A DNA stretch of 64,000 nucleotides, from NCBI GenBank assembly GCA_045648145.1, contig JAZRNK010000026.1, positions 9,625 through 73,624 on the forward strand, read 5' to 3'. Under the pieces are notes generated by a model. It saw only the letters and a program-made list of their open reading frames with translations. It did not search any database and was not told the origin of the DNA. Each line of letters starts with the position of its first letter. The first letter of the stretch is position 1. Position numbers and translations under genes: made by a program. This DNA comes from Acutalibacteraceae bacterium. GTDB taxonomy: Bacteria; Bacillota; Clostridia; Oscillospirales; Acutalibacteraceae. Below are positions 56,092-64,000 of the stretch, piece by piece.

Positions 56092-56610
56092 CTATTTTGC
56101 AGGTTTTGGTGCAAGGAACATAAACATATTGCGGCCTTCCATTTTGGCAGGCTTTTCAACAACTGCAAGTTCAGAGCAATACTCGGCAAATCGTGCCATA
56201 ATTTCAGTACCGATTTCCGGATGACCAAGCTCACGTCCACGAAAACGGATAGATACCTTAACCTTATCTCCGCTTTTGAGGAATTTCTTAGCGTGGTTGC
56301 CCTTTGTTTCGAAATCGTGAGTATCAATGCTAAGGCCTAAACGAATTTCCTTAACATCAACAACCTTTTGATTTTTTCTTGCTTCCTTCTCACGCTTTGC
56401 CTGTTCAAAGCAATACTTACCGTAGTCCATAATCTTACAGACAGGCGGTGTTGCGTTAGGAGCAATCAAAACCAAATCGAGATCCTTCTCAACAGCTTTG
56501 GCAAGAGCATCCTTTGATGTCATAAGACCAAGCTGAGAGCCGTCCGAATCTATAACACGGACTTCTTTTTCTCTGATTTCTTCATTTATTGTAAGTTCCT
56601 TATTACTGAT
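56092..56610 (-). CDS. infC: translation initiation factor IF-3, predicted non-canonical (ATC) start
   Basis: (M)SNKELTINEEIREKEVRVIDSDGSQLG aligns with IF-3 N-termini. GGAGGTG lies 7 nt upstream of the ATC. No ATG/GTG/TTG sits at usable spacing, and the track ORF extends into the leader. Confidence 0.85.
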   Translation of the reverse strand: MSNKELTINEEIREKEVRVIDSDGSQLGLMTSKDALAKAVEKDLDLVLIAPNATPPVCKIMDYGKYCFEQAKREKEARKNQKVVDVKEIRLGLSIDTHDFETKGNHAKKFLKSGDKVKVSIRFRGRELGHPEIGTEIMARFAEYCSELAVVEKPAKMEGRNMFMFLAPKPAK

Positions 56611-56624
56611 GGTCAAACACCTCC

Positions 56625-56791
56625 GACCTAAAATAACAAATGCACGGACAGAAAAACCATCCGTGCACAATAAGCAAAACCCAACAAGGCTTTATAACCT
56701 ATTGACCTCTTAAGACGAAACTTTGAGGTGAGGACGGACTGCCCTTCTTTGTTGTCTTGAAGATTATAATACTAAATTACAAATTTGTCAA
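56625..56791 (-). promoter_or_regulatory. infC operon promoter (TTGACA-17-TATAAT) plus L20-leader-like attenuator
   Basis: The -35 is at 56786-56791 and the -10 at 56763-56768. The leader of about 130 nt ends in GCACGGATGG-ttttt-CTGTCCGTGC followed by a T-rich tract (56642-56666). Confidence 0.55.
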
Positions 56792-56805
56792 TAGATTTTT
56801 TAAAA

Positions 56806-57687
56806 TTATTTTGTTTTTAAATACTCAACGTATTCTTCCATACACATATCAAGTCTAAGCATTTCTTTGGCATGTTCAACACCTACGTAACGGTAATGCC
56901 AAGGCTCGTATATGATTTTTGTAATATGTTGCTTATCCTTGGGATAACGCATAATAAAACCATAATCTGCGGCGTTTTGCTGCAGCCATTTGAAAGCATT
57001 AGTGTTTTCAAACGATTCTTCAACAGAGTTAATATCAACAGCTAATCCTAAATGATGCTCACTTGTTCCGGGTACTGCAACTATAGTTGCGGCAACCTTT
57101 TTGGCTTCTTCCCTGCTTAAACTACTATCCTCGTTCATACAACGATTAACACGATTGTTATAAAGTGTATTCTGATAAGAATAGGTTCTGTAAGCAGAAA
57201 CCGAAACCAAAGAAATCTCATCATCCAAAGCAGCCTGACACATCTCATTGAATTTATCAACAATTCGACTATCGAGGTATTTACTCGAATCGGCACCACT
57301 GGTAAACCTTGAGTTAATTTTTGCTTTGTCAACACTGTTTATAAAATTGTTATCAACACTATTATCAGGATTTACAAGCTTTAAATACCATTTATTCAAT
57401 TCTTCGGCAGCGGAATTAGACTGAACCTGAGAAGAACTGTTAACTGAAGTCGTTGACGAAGCAGTGTTCTCTTGAGAAGAAACACTGTTGTTCTGTGACG
57501 ATGTATTGTCAGAAGAAACGTCATTACCGTCAAGCAGCTTATTGTATTTAATGCTTGTTACAATCAAAGCAATAATCAAAGCGAGTATTATAAACCATTG
57601 AACTAAAATGATTATACTTTTAACCAAACCTTTTTTACTGCGCCTTGATTTTCTGGGAGTATAACGTCTATTTCCGTTACCGTCCAT
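56806..57687 (-). CDS. D-alanyl-D-alanine carboxypeptidase, VanY/M15B family, membrane anchored
   Basis: Contains SAYRTYSYQ, GTSEHHLGLAVDI and EPWHYRYVG, with an N-terminal TM. Confidence 0.85.
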   Translation of the reverse strand: MDGNGNRRYTPRKSRRSKKGLVKSIIILVQWFIILALIIALIVTSIKYNKLLDGNDVSSDNTSSQNNSVSSQENTASSTTSVNSSSQVQSNSAAEELNKWYLKLVNPDNSVDNNFINSVDKAKINSRFTSGADSSKYLDSRIVDKFNEMCQAALDDEISLVSVSAYRTYSYQNTLYNNRVNRCMNEDSSLSREEAKKVAATIVAVPGTSEHHLGLAVDINSVEESFENTNAFKWLQQNAADYGFIMRYPKDKQHITKIIYEPWHYRYVGVEHAKEMLRLDMCMEEYVEYLKTK

Positions 57688-58859
57688 TAAATCACCCTGA
57701 CTCTGATGGTTTCATCCATATCTGCTATTGCCTTTGCGATAGCGTCAACTTTAGCAGCATCCTTTTCATCAATATCCAGCATAGTATATGCGTTGTCTTT
57801 TTTAGATTTGTTAAGCATATGAGTAATATTGATATTAGCATCCGAAACAATGCTGGAAATTTTAGAAATAACTGCGGGAACATTTTTGTGAATTACACAG
57901 ATACGTGCGTCGCCGCTCTTAGGCATAGAAACGTTAGGCATATTAACCGAGTTAACGATATTACCATTCTCGATGTAGTCAATAAGCTCTGCGGCAGCCA
58001 TCTTAGCACAGTTATCCTCAGATTCAGGAGTAGATGCGCCAAGGTGAGGAATGCAAACAACACCGTCAGCGCCAATAATATCATCCGACGGGAAATCGGT
58101 TACGTAAGCCGACATTTTGCCTTCATCCAATGCAGCAAGAACATCTGCAGAGTTGACGAGGTCACCTCTTGCAAAGTTAAGGATACGAACGCCGTCCTTC
58201 ATCTTTGCAATAGTTTCCTTGTTAATAAAGCCTTTAGTGTCGGGAGTAAGCGGAACGTGGAGAGAAATGTAATCACACTTTTCGTAGATTTCATTCAACT
58301 CAATAGCGTGAATAGCATTATGTGTCAAATTCCAAGCAGAGTTTACAGACAAGAACGGATCGTAGCCGTAAACCTTCATTCCAAGAGCGTTAGCGGCGTT
58401 TGCAACAAGAACACCTATTGCACCAAGACCAATAATACCAATGCTCTTACCCTTAATTTCGGGACCTACAAAAGCGCCCTTGCCTTTTTCTACCATTTTA
58501 CCGACTTCATCGCCGTTACCCTTAAGGCTCTCTGCCCATTTAATAGCAGGAATAACACGACGTGAACAAAGAAGTAAACCGGCAATAACTAGCTCTTTAA
58601 CTGCGTTAGCATTTGCACCGGGAGTGTTAAATACAACGATACCTTCATCAGCACAACGGTCAACAGGAATATTGTTGGTACCTGCACCGGCACGTGCAAT
58701 GGCAAGTAAGGTTTCAGGGAATTGGACATCGTGTAATGCAGCAGAACGAACAATAGCGCCAACGGGGTTTTCTACCTCGTCTCCACAGGTATACATAGTT
58801 GCGTCAAACTCATCGAGACCGATTTTAGAAATTTTGTTGTAAGTTTTAATATTATACAT
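57687..58859 (-). CDS. serA: D-3-phosphoglycerate dehydrogenase with C-terminal ACT domain
   Basis: NAD motif GIIGLGAIG, then HVPLT, then an ACT-like tail. ATG 58859 is about 9 nt after GGAGG. TAATG overlap with the downstream gene. Confidence 0.9.
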   Translation of the reverse strand: MYNIKTYNKISKIGLDEFDATMYTCGDEVENPVGAIVRSAALHDVQFPETLLAIARAGAGTNNIPVDRCADEGIVVFNTPGANANAVKELVIAGLLLCSRRVIPAIKWAESLKGNGDEVGKMVEKGKGAFVGPEIKGKSIGIIGLGAIGVLVANAANALGMKVYGYDPFLSVNSAWNLTHNAIHAIELNEIYEKCDYISLHVPLTPDTKGFINKETIAKMKDGVRILNFARGDLVNSADVLAALDEGKMSAYVTDFPSDDIIGADGVVCIPHLGASTPESEDNCAKMAAAELIDYIENGNIVNSVNMPNVSMPKSGDARICVIHKNVPAVISKISSIVSDANINITHMLNKSKKDNAYTMLDIDEKDAAKVDAIAKAIADMDETIRVRVI

Positions 58860-58999
58860 AATAATCATCCTCCAAATGAAAACTTTAACTCTTATTATAT
58901 ATTATATGATTGTTTTGTCAAGGGGTTTGTTAAATTTTAAACAATATTTTATTTAAAAACATTTAATTTTACAAAATTATTGTTAAAAAAATATCAATA

Positions 59000-59575
59000 T
59001 TATATTTGTCCTTTGAGCAACTCAAAATATTCAAAAACTTCAGAAATCATTTTTTCTAAAGTTGCATCAATATCTTCGACACGTTTTTCGGTTACAACAG
59101 AAAGCACTTCAGACTTAAAAACCTCTGTCCTACCCAAAGAAAGATTAACCAAATCTTTTGAGTTGATATTGTCTAATAATGCGAACTCCTCGCACAAGTC
59201 AGCGCATTTAAGTACTACCTTACCTATTGCGGCAGCAGCTTTATCAACATCCGAACCGTAATTTGTAACTTTGTTTGTGGTCTTAATTTGAGTTTCTTGA
59301 ACAGGTATAAATTCTTCATTTACAAAGGTTTCCAAGGCTTCCTGTTCTATAACATCAATCGATTTGACAACAGTCACCTCATTATTATTAACACTATTAA
59401 TCTGAGCCTTTAGATTTTCAATTTCTATATTCAAAGCAGCAACCTTAAAATTAAGTTCTTCAATAGTTGCATCTTTGCGGCTTATGCATTCAGACAAGGT
59501 TTTGTTATCATTATACAATTCATCATTTATACTCAGTAGTTTTTTGGTTTCTTCAATTAAATGTTTTTTTCTCAT
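59000..59575 (-). CDS. hypothetical coiled-coil protein
   Basis: 191 aa with heptad-rich N-terminal half. No recognisable motif. Confidence 0.5.
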   Translation of the reverse strand: MRKKHLIEETKKLLSINDELYNDNKTLSECISRKDATIEELNFKVAALNIEIENLKAQINSVNNNEVTVVKSIDVIEQEALETFVNEEFIPVQETQIKTTNKVTNYGSDVDKAAAAIGKVVLKCADLCEEFALLDNINSKDLVNLSLGRTEVFKSEVLSVVTEKRVEDIDATLEKMISEVFEYFELLKGQI

Positions 59576-59692
59576 ACGCTAACCCCCTAATATATGAATT
59601 ATATAATAAAAAACTCGTTAATTCAATACATAAATAACTTGTTTATTTCAAACGGGTGTAGTATAATGTAAAAAAATAAAGGAGGTAATGTT

Positions 59693-60256
59693 ATGGAATT
59701 TGATGCTATGAACGCAGGAGTTAACCCAGGAGGACTGCAAAGCCGTCTTGAAATCAGAGTTCTTATTTGCTACATTTTAGATAACACTACCTCACCCGTT
59801 CCTCTAAAACCGGTTATTGAGCGTTTACATTTTGAAGGTATAGCCAATTACTTCGAAACCGCTTTTGCTATTTCTGAATTAGAGGAAAACGGTTGTATTT
59901 GTTCTCCTGATACCGATTCTGAAAAGAAAGCCTATGTTTTAACCGCCGACGGCAAAAGTATTAGTTCTAATCTCGGCAAAAACGTTCCCTTCTCCGTCAG
60001 AGAGCGCTCATTGGAAATTGCTAACGAGGTAATTCAAAGAAAGCGTAACGAACGTGAGCATATTGTTACAAAAGAAAAAGTAAGTAACGGTATTTATGTC
60101 ACCTGCAAGGTAATGGAAAAAGATTGGGAGCTTGTTTCAGTTAAGCTTCTTGTTCCTGATGAAACCACTGCCGAAACCGTTAAAACGAACTTTTTAAACA
60201 ACCCAATGGAAGTACTTATTAGTGCAACTTCTTCATTGACCGGCACAAAAATATAA
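59693..60256 (+). CDS. DUF4364-like putative regulator
   Basis: 187 aa. The N-terminus LEIRVLICYIL....PV......ERLHFEGIANYFE resembles Clostridial DUF4364 proteins (from memory, not searched). Confidence 0.45.
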   Translation: MEFDAMNAGVNPGGLQSRLEIRVLICYILDNTTSPVPLKPVIERLHFEGIANYFETAFAISELEENGCICSPDTDSEKKAYVLTADGKSISSNLGKNVPFSVRERSLEIANEVIQRKRNEREHIVTKEKVSNGIYVTCKVMEKDWELVSVKLLVPDETTAETVKTNFLNNPMEVLISATSSLTGTKI

Positions 60257-60286
60257 AAAGACAGGCAAACTTCACCTGTCTTTTTT
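60256..60286. terminator. bidirectional terminator shared by the DUF4364 gene and tRNA-Thr
   Basis: AAAAGACAGG-caaacttca-CCTGTCTTTT. Confidence 0.8.
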
Positions 60287-60361
60287 GGAGCTGAAGATGG
60301 GACTTGAACCCACGACCTGCTGATTACGAATCAGCTGCTCTACCAACTGAGCCACTTCAGC
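60286..60361 (-). tRNA. tRNA-Thr (anticodon CGT), CCA encoded
   Basis: The reverse complement is GCTGAAGTGGCTCAGTTGGTAGAGCAGCTGATTCGTAATCAGCAGGTCGTGGGTTCAAGTCCCATCTTCAGCTCCA. The anticodon loop is TT-CGT-AA. Confidence 0.9.
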
Positions 60362-60462
60362 AAACACACTTTATAAATTTGACTGTAATTATATCAATTT
60401 TTACTTATCAAGTCAAGTCTTAATTTAGCGACCTCTAACTTAAACAACTAAGGAGTGATACC

Positions 60463-60903
60463 ATGGGTAAGTCGGTTAAACGTACCACTGTTGGAGACAA
60501 TATCGAAAAACTTAGAAATAGCTTGCATTTAAATCAGGAAGAAATGGCAGAAAAGCTCGGTATCACACGCAGCAGCTACGCTAAATACGAAACTAAAATC
60601 ACCCCTCCTCTTAATGTGATTTTAAAAATTTCAAAGGTATTTAACATAAGCGTTGATGAACTAATAGGTAATAATTATAACGATGATAACAACAATGCAC
60701 CGATTGACTATAACAATCTACTCAACGGTACAAGCTTTAGAAAAGTAAAGTTTGGAAACTATACAAATTATAAAGTAGGCGAAGAAGACGCGATATTTAT
60801 AACAGAAGATGAATACGATATTATTTTACGTTTACGAGATTTAAGCATCAACCAGCGTGACACATTTGTTGATATGCTAAAAAATGTGAAAAAAGAGCTT
60901 TAA
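60463..60903 (+). CDS. XRE-family HTH transcriptional regulator
   Basis: The N-terminal HTH is IEKLRNSLHLNQEEMAEKLGITRSSYAKYE. Confidence 0.8.
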   Translation: MGKSVKRTTVGDNIEKLRNSLHLNQEEMAEKLGITRSSYAKYETKITPPLNVILKISKVFNISVDELIGNNYNDDNNNAPIDYNNLLNGTSFRKVKFGNYTNYKVGEEDAIFITEDEYDIILRLRDLSINQRDTFVDMLKNVKKEL

Positions 60904-60933
60904 AAAACACCCGATAACTTCGGGTGTTTTTTT
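60902..60933. terminator. bidirectional terminator between the XRE and TetR genes
   Basis: AACACCCG-ataactt-CGGGTGTT flanked by A/T runs. Confidence 0.85.
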
Positions 60934-61516
60934 ATGATCTTAATTTATTCAAAAGCATTGGCATTGTCTTTTCACCATAACCTTTTAATGAATACTCACC
61001 CTTACACAAGCACCAGTCATACATAAGCGCGCGTTCACACATAGCATAAAATCTTGCAATTTCATTAACGGTTAAAGAATCGGTTATCTCACCCTTTTCC
61101 TGACCCTTTTTAACAAGTTTTTTAATAAGCTTATAATAAACACGGTTATGGTCTAACAGCGACTGCTCGCCCTTTGTGGTAAGCTGTGTTGAAAACAGTT
61201 TTGTCAACAAATCAATGTCGATTTGGTTTTCTATCATAGAAAATAGTTCGACATTCAAAAACAACAAAGCATCAATGGTGTTCATATCATCGCTTATTTG
61301 CTGTGACAATTCTTCGTACTTTTCATCAAAAAGATAAGACAAAGAGCCTAATAAAGCATCCTTACTGTCAAAATAATGATAAAACGAGCCTTTTGATGTG
61401 CCCGATTCCCATACTATATCCTCTACTGTTGTATCATCGTAACCGTTGTCATAAAACAATTTCCATGCGGCCGATATTATTCTGCCTTTAGTATTTCGGT
61501 TGTTTTTTCTTTTCAT
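60932..61516 (-). CDS. TetR/AcrR-family transcriptional regulator
   Basis: The N-terminal HTH is GRIISAAWKLFYDNGYDDTTVEDIVWESGTSKGSFYHYF. Confidence 0.85.
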   Translation of the reverse strand: MKRKNNRNTKGRIISAAWKLFYDNGYDDTTVEDIVWESGTSKGSFYHYFDSKDALLGSLSYLFDEKYEELSQQISDDMNTIDALLFLNVELFSMIENQIDIDLLTKLFSTQLTTKGEQSLLDHNRVYYKLIKKLVKKGQEKGEITDSLTVNEIARFYAMCERALMYDWCLCKGEYSLKGYGEKTMPMLLNKLRS

Positions 61517-61576
61517 ATTTTCTCCTGTTTATAATAAACGGCTTAAACCAAACAAAATGATTTAAGCCATTTATAT

Positions 61577-62464
61577 TTATCGTGCTAAAGGATGGTATTT
61601 TTTATAGCTTTGAGCATATCTGTTACGCATAAGCTGAGCATAAATCTGTGTTGAGGAAACGTCAGAATGTCCCAAAATCTCCTGAATATCCTTCAAAGGT
61701 GCGCCGTTCTCAAGCAAATGAGCGGCAAAAGAATGACGAATCGTATGCGGAGTAATATCCTTTTTGATTTTTGCTTTATCAGCGTAATATTTGATGATCT
61801 TCCATAAGCCTTGTCTTGTCAAGGGTTGTCCATTCATATTCGTAAACAGCTCTTCAGTGTCATCATCTGCAACTAGCATACCGCGAACCTTACTGCAATA
61901 ATTAAGTACAGCCTTAATGGCTTCGGGGTACATAGGAATAATTCTTTCATTTTTTCCGCTATGTAAATGTAAAATGCCGACCTGCAAGTTTATATCTGAC
62001 ATTTTTACATTAATAATTTCGGAAACCTTAATACCGGTCGCATATAAAACCTCGAGCATAGCTTTATCGCGGCAGCCCTTCAAATCACTGCTGTCAGGTT
62101 GAGCTAAAAGTTGAGAAATTTCTTTAGCTGTTAAAATTTCAGGAAGCTTTTTATCAACCTTATTTAATTTAATGCCTATAGCGGGATTATTTTTAGCGGC
62201 ACCCACAGATACCAAAAAAGTAAAATAACATCTAAGTGATGCAGTAACACGTGTAGCCGTTGCATTGGATTTACCAGATTTTATTAAGGAATCAATATAT
62301 TTTACAATATCGTCCTGTTTTATAGATGATACGCTCTTAATTTTAATATCATCACAGTAAGAAGCAAATTGATTAACATCACGCAAATAAGACTCCAGTG
62401 TATTGCTGGAGCTTTTTTTGGTCTCTTTTAAATAGATTTCAAATTCTCTTACGAATGTTTTCAT
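61577..62464 (-). CDS. xerD: site-specific tyrosine recombinase XerD
   Basis: 295 aa with ATGIKVSE, HTIRHSFAAHLL and LGHSDVSSTQIYA. It is adjacent to spoIIM, as in Bacillus. Confidence 0.85.
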   Translation of the reverse strand: MKTFVREFEIYLKETKKSSSNTLESYLRDVNQFASYCDDIKIKSVSSIKQDDIVKYIDSLIKSGKSNATATRVTASLRCYFTFLVSVGAAKNNPAIGIKLNKVDKKLPEILTAKEISQLLAQPDSSDLKGCRDKAMLEVLYATGIKVSEIINVKMSDINLQVGILHLHSGKNERIIPMYPEAIKAVLNYCSKVRGMLVADDDTEELFTNMNGQPLTRQGLWKIIKYYADKAKIKKDITPHTIRHSFAAHLLENGAPLKDIQEILGHSDVSSTQIYAQLMRNRYAQSYKKYHPLAR

Positions 62465-62489
62465 TTATACTTCCCACTTCAAATTCAAT

Positions 62490-63122
62490 TTAAAAAACGA
62501 AAAATTTTACGAAACTAACCGAAAAAACTGATTCAATCACCGAAACAACTACTACCGCCAATAGACAAAAAAGACACTTTTTTAAAAGCAACACACAATT
62601 AGGTCTGATAGCGATACCACGTGAAGAAACATCCCTCAAAACGTCAATAAACCGCCACGATAATTTCAATGCTTCACTGCATATATACAGCAACAAAAAG
62701 TCAACAGCTATACAAAAAGGCAGTAAAATCAGATTAGAAAACGCAATTCCCTGCAAGGAAAAATTTCGGTAAAGAATACCGGATATTGCGCAGGTACCAA
62801 ACCCTCTAAAAAGCATAACTATCGGCAAAAGTACAACACCGCCAACACCAAAGGCCAAAACAGAAATAACGGCGATATAAAGAGTTGAAGAAAGAAAAAC
62901 TCTGAAAAAAATTTCAACAAAGCCCTTTTGAGTACGGAAAGAAATGTATACGGAAAACCATTTTTCGATCACACTTATATAATTACTACCCATATATCTT
63001 ACGGATAACGCTCCAAAAAGCATACCTAATATAAGAAATATGACACAAATTATATAAAATTTATTGTCCTTTAGAGAATTAAACACCTTGCCAATATTAA
63101 ACGTTTTAGACTCAAGTTGCAT
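62490..63122 (-). CDS. spoIIM: stage II sporulation protein M
   Basis: Multi-TM protein of about 210 aa. ATG 63122 follows GAGGTGG. Synteny with xerD supports the call. Confidence 0.75.
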   Translation of the reverse strand: MQLESKTFNIGKVFNSLKDNKFYIICVIFLILGMLFGALSVRYMGSNYISVIEKWFSVYISFRTQKGFVEIFFRVFLSSTLYIAVISVLAFGVGGVVLLPIVMLFRGFGTCAISGILYRNFSLQGIAFSNLILLPFCIAVDFLLLYICSEALKLSWRFIDVLRDVSSRGIAIRPNCVLLLKKCLFCLLAVVVVSVIESVFSVSFVKFFVF

Positions 63123-63561
63123 AATGACCACCTCTCACATATTACATTAAATAATATGAGACAAGCTTAATTTAAATTACAAAAGAGTAAAACGCAATAT
63201 GTTGAAGGTGTAAAACAAAAGTAAGCATTAAAACATAATGTTGTTATGTAACCTTCTCATAAAAGGACAAAAATAAAACGCCTATGTTTTACATAAGTTT
63301 AGATCAGTCAACAACAGTCAACATCAGTAAAACTAGCGTTTATATTATTTATACACTATTTAAATTATTATGTCAACAACTTTTTTCAACCCAAAATCCA
63401 TTTTATGTAAACTTTTTATGTTAACCACTTTATATTGGGGTTGACCTGTTGTTATGTAAACCAAAATTATTGTTTTTTACTATTTATTTTTTTATAAATT
63501 TATGTTATAATCTATTAAGAAAATTATTAGGTATTTAATTATTATATGTTAGGTGATTTTT

Positions 63562-64000
63562 ATGAATAAAACTGTTGTTGTCACTGGTGGTAGCAGAGGT
63601 ATTGGAAAAGCATTATCCTCCCTATTTGCTGAAAACGGCTATAACGTTGTAATCAACTATAATAAATCTGAAAACTTAGCAATTCAACTCGCAGAACACC
63701 TTAAAGCAAGCGGTTACAACGTTGAGGTTTTTAAAGCTGATGTCAGCAAAAGCTGTGAAGCAAAAGAGTTAATGGCTTTTGCCCATAAAACCTTTGGCAG
63801 TGTTGACGTTCTTATAAATAACGCAGGTGTTGCGCAGCAAAAACTTTTAACAGACATTACAGATGAAGACTTCGCAAACATGATTACCATCAATTTAGCC
63901 TCGCAGTTTTATTGTTGCCGAGAGGCTGCTAAATATATGATAAATAAAAAATACGGTAATATTATCAATATTTCATCTATGTGGGGTATTTCGGGAGCCT
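63562..64000 (+). CDS. fabG: short-chain dehydrogenase/reductase, FabG-like (3' end outside window)
   Basis: Hand-translated as MNKTVVVTGGSRGIGKA...VLINNAGV...NISSMWGISGA. AGGTGA SD. Confidence 0.8.
   Translation, partial: MNKTVVVTGGSRGIGKALSSLFAENGYNVVINYNKSENLAIQLAEHLKASGYNVEVFKADVSKSCEAKELMAFAHKTFGSVDVLINNAGVAQQKLLTDITDEDFANMITINLASQFYCCREAAKYMINKKYGNIINISSMWGISGA

Noticed and set aside
57645-58565. 306-aa ORF on the + strand
   Set aside because: It lies entirely antisense to the well-supported serA and VanY genes. Its composition is Cys/Arg/Asn-rich and low-complexity, and it has no SD. It is a typical shadow ORF.
63386-63413. Canonical 28-bp dif (XerC arm - 6 bp - TTATGTAAACT)
   Set aside because: The XerD-type arm is exact, but the would-be XerC arm (TCAACCCAAAA) and spacer (TCCATT) lack the expected inner ATAA/TTAT symmetry. 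It is kept only as part of the motif-cluster finding.

Overview
This is low-GC Firmicutes/Clostridia-type chromosome from an endospore former. Sporulation markers include spoVB/yabM-like, yabP, yabQ, divIC, cwlJ/sleB-like, gerQ-like and spoIIM. Most of the window is ordinary housekeeping DNA. The left block is on the + strand: mazG-hup-yabOPQ-divIC-yabR, fumarase alpha, an RR-HK-HtrA module, GH2, argGH and nadE. The right block is on the - strand: recN-argR-nadK-tlyA-dxs-ispA-xseBA-nusB, a glycine-riboswitch operon, GH3, adhE, infC-rpmI-rplT, serA and xerD-spoIIM. Gene orientation converges at about 37.1 kb. Three stand-alone tRNAs are present: Leu-CAA, Ser-CGA and Thr-CGT. I found no rRNA and no CRISPR array. 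The standout is an AT-rich block of about 6.3 kb at 28124-34454 that reads as an integrated filamentous (inovirus-like) prophage. It has an XRE repressor with a palindromic operator switch, an HUH rolling-circle Rep, a chain of translationally coupled small membrane proteins, a large secreted and anchored protein, and a Zot/pI-type P-loop ATPase. It has a hairpin- and iteron-rich non-coding region and no integrase of its own. Identical 18-bp direct repeats bound it. The reconstructed empty host site is a perfect 13-4-13 palindrome about 0.5 kb upstream of a chromosomal Xer-family tyrosine recombinase gene, and a third partial copy sits 44 bp before that gene. This suggests a Xer-exploiting integrative element (IMEX-like) at a dif-like site near a possible replication terminus. 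Secondary items are an orphan GIY-YIG nuclease islet next to tRNA-Leu and a duplicated tRNA-Ser 3' end plus terminator that looks like an att scar. A singlet glycine riboswitch controls an isochorismatase-family/APC-permease operon, and the two fumarase subunit genes are unlinked. infC appears to use a non-canonical start behind an L20-leader-like attenuator, and a repeat-dense intergenic region lies beside spoIIM-xerD. All calls rest on reading the sequence and the ORF translations; no database search was run.
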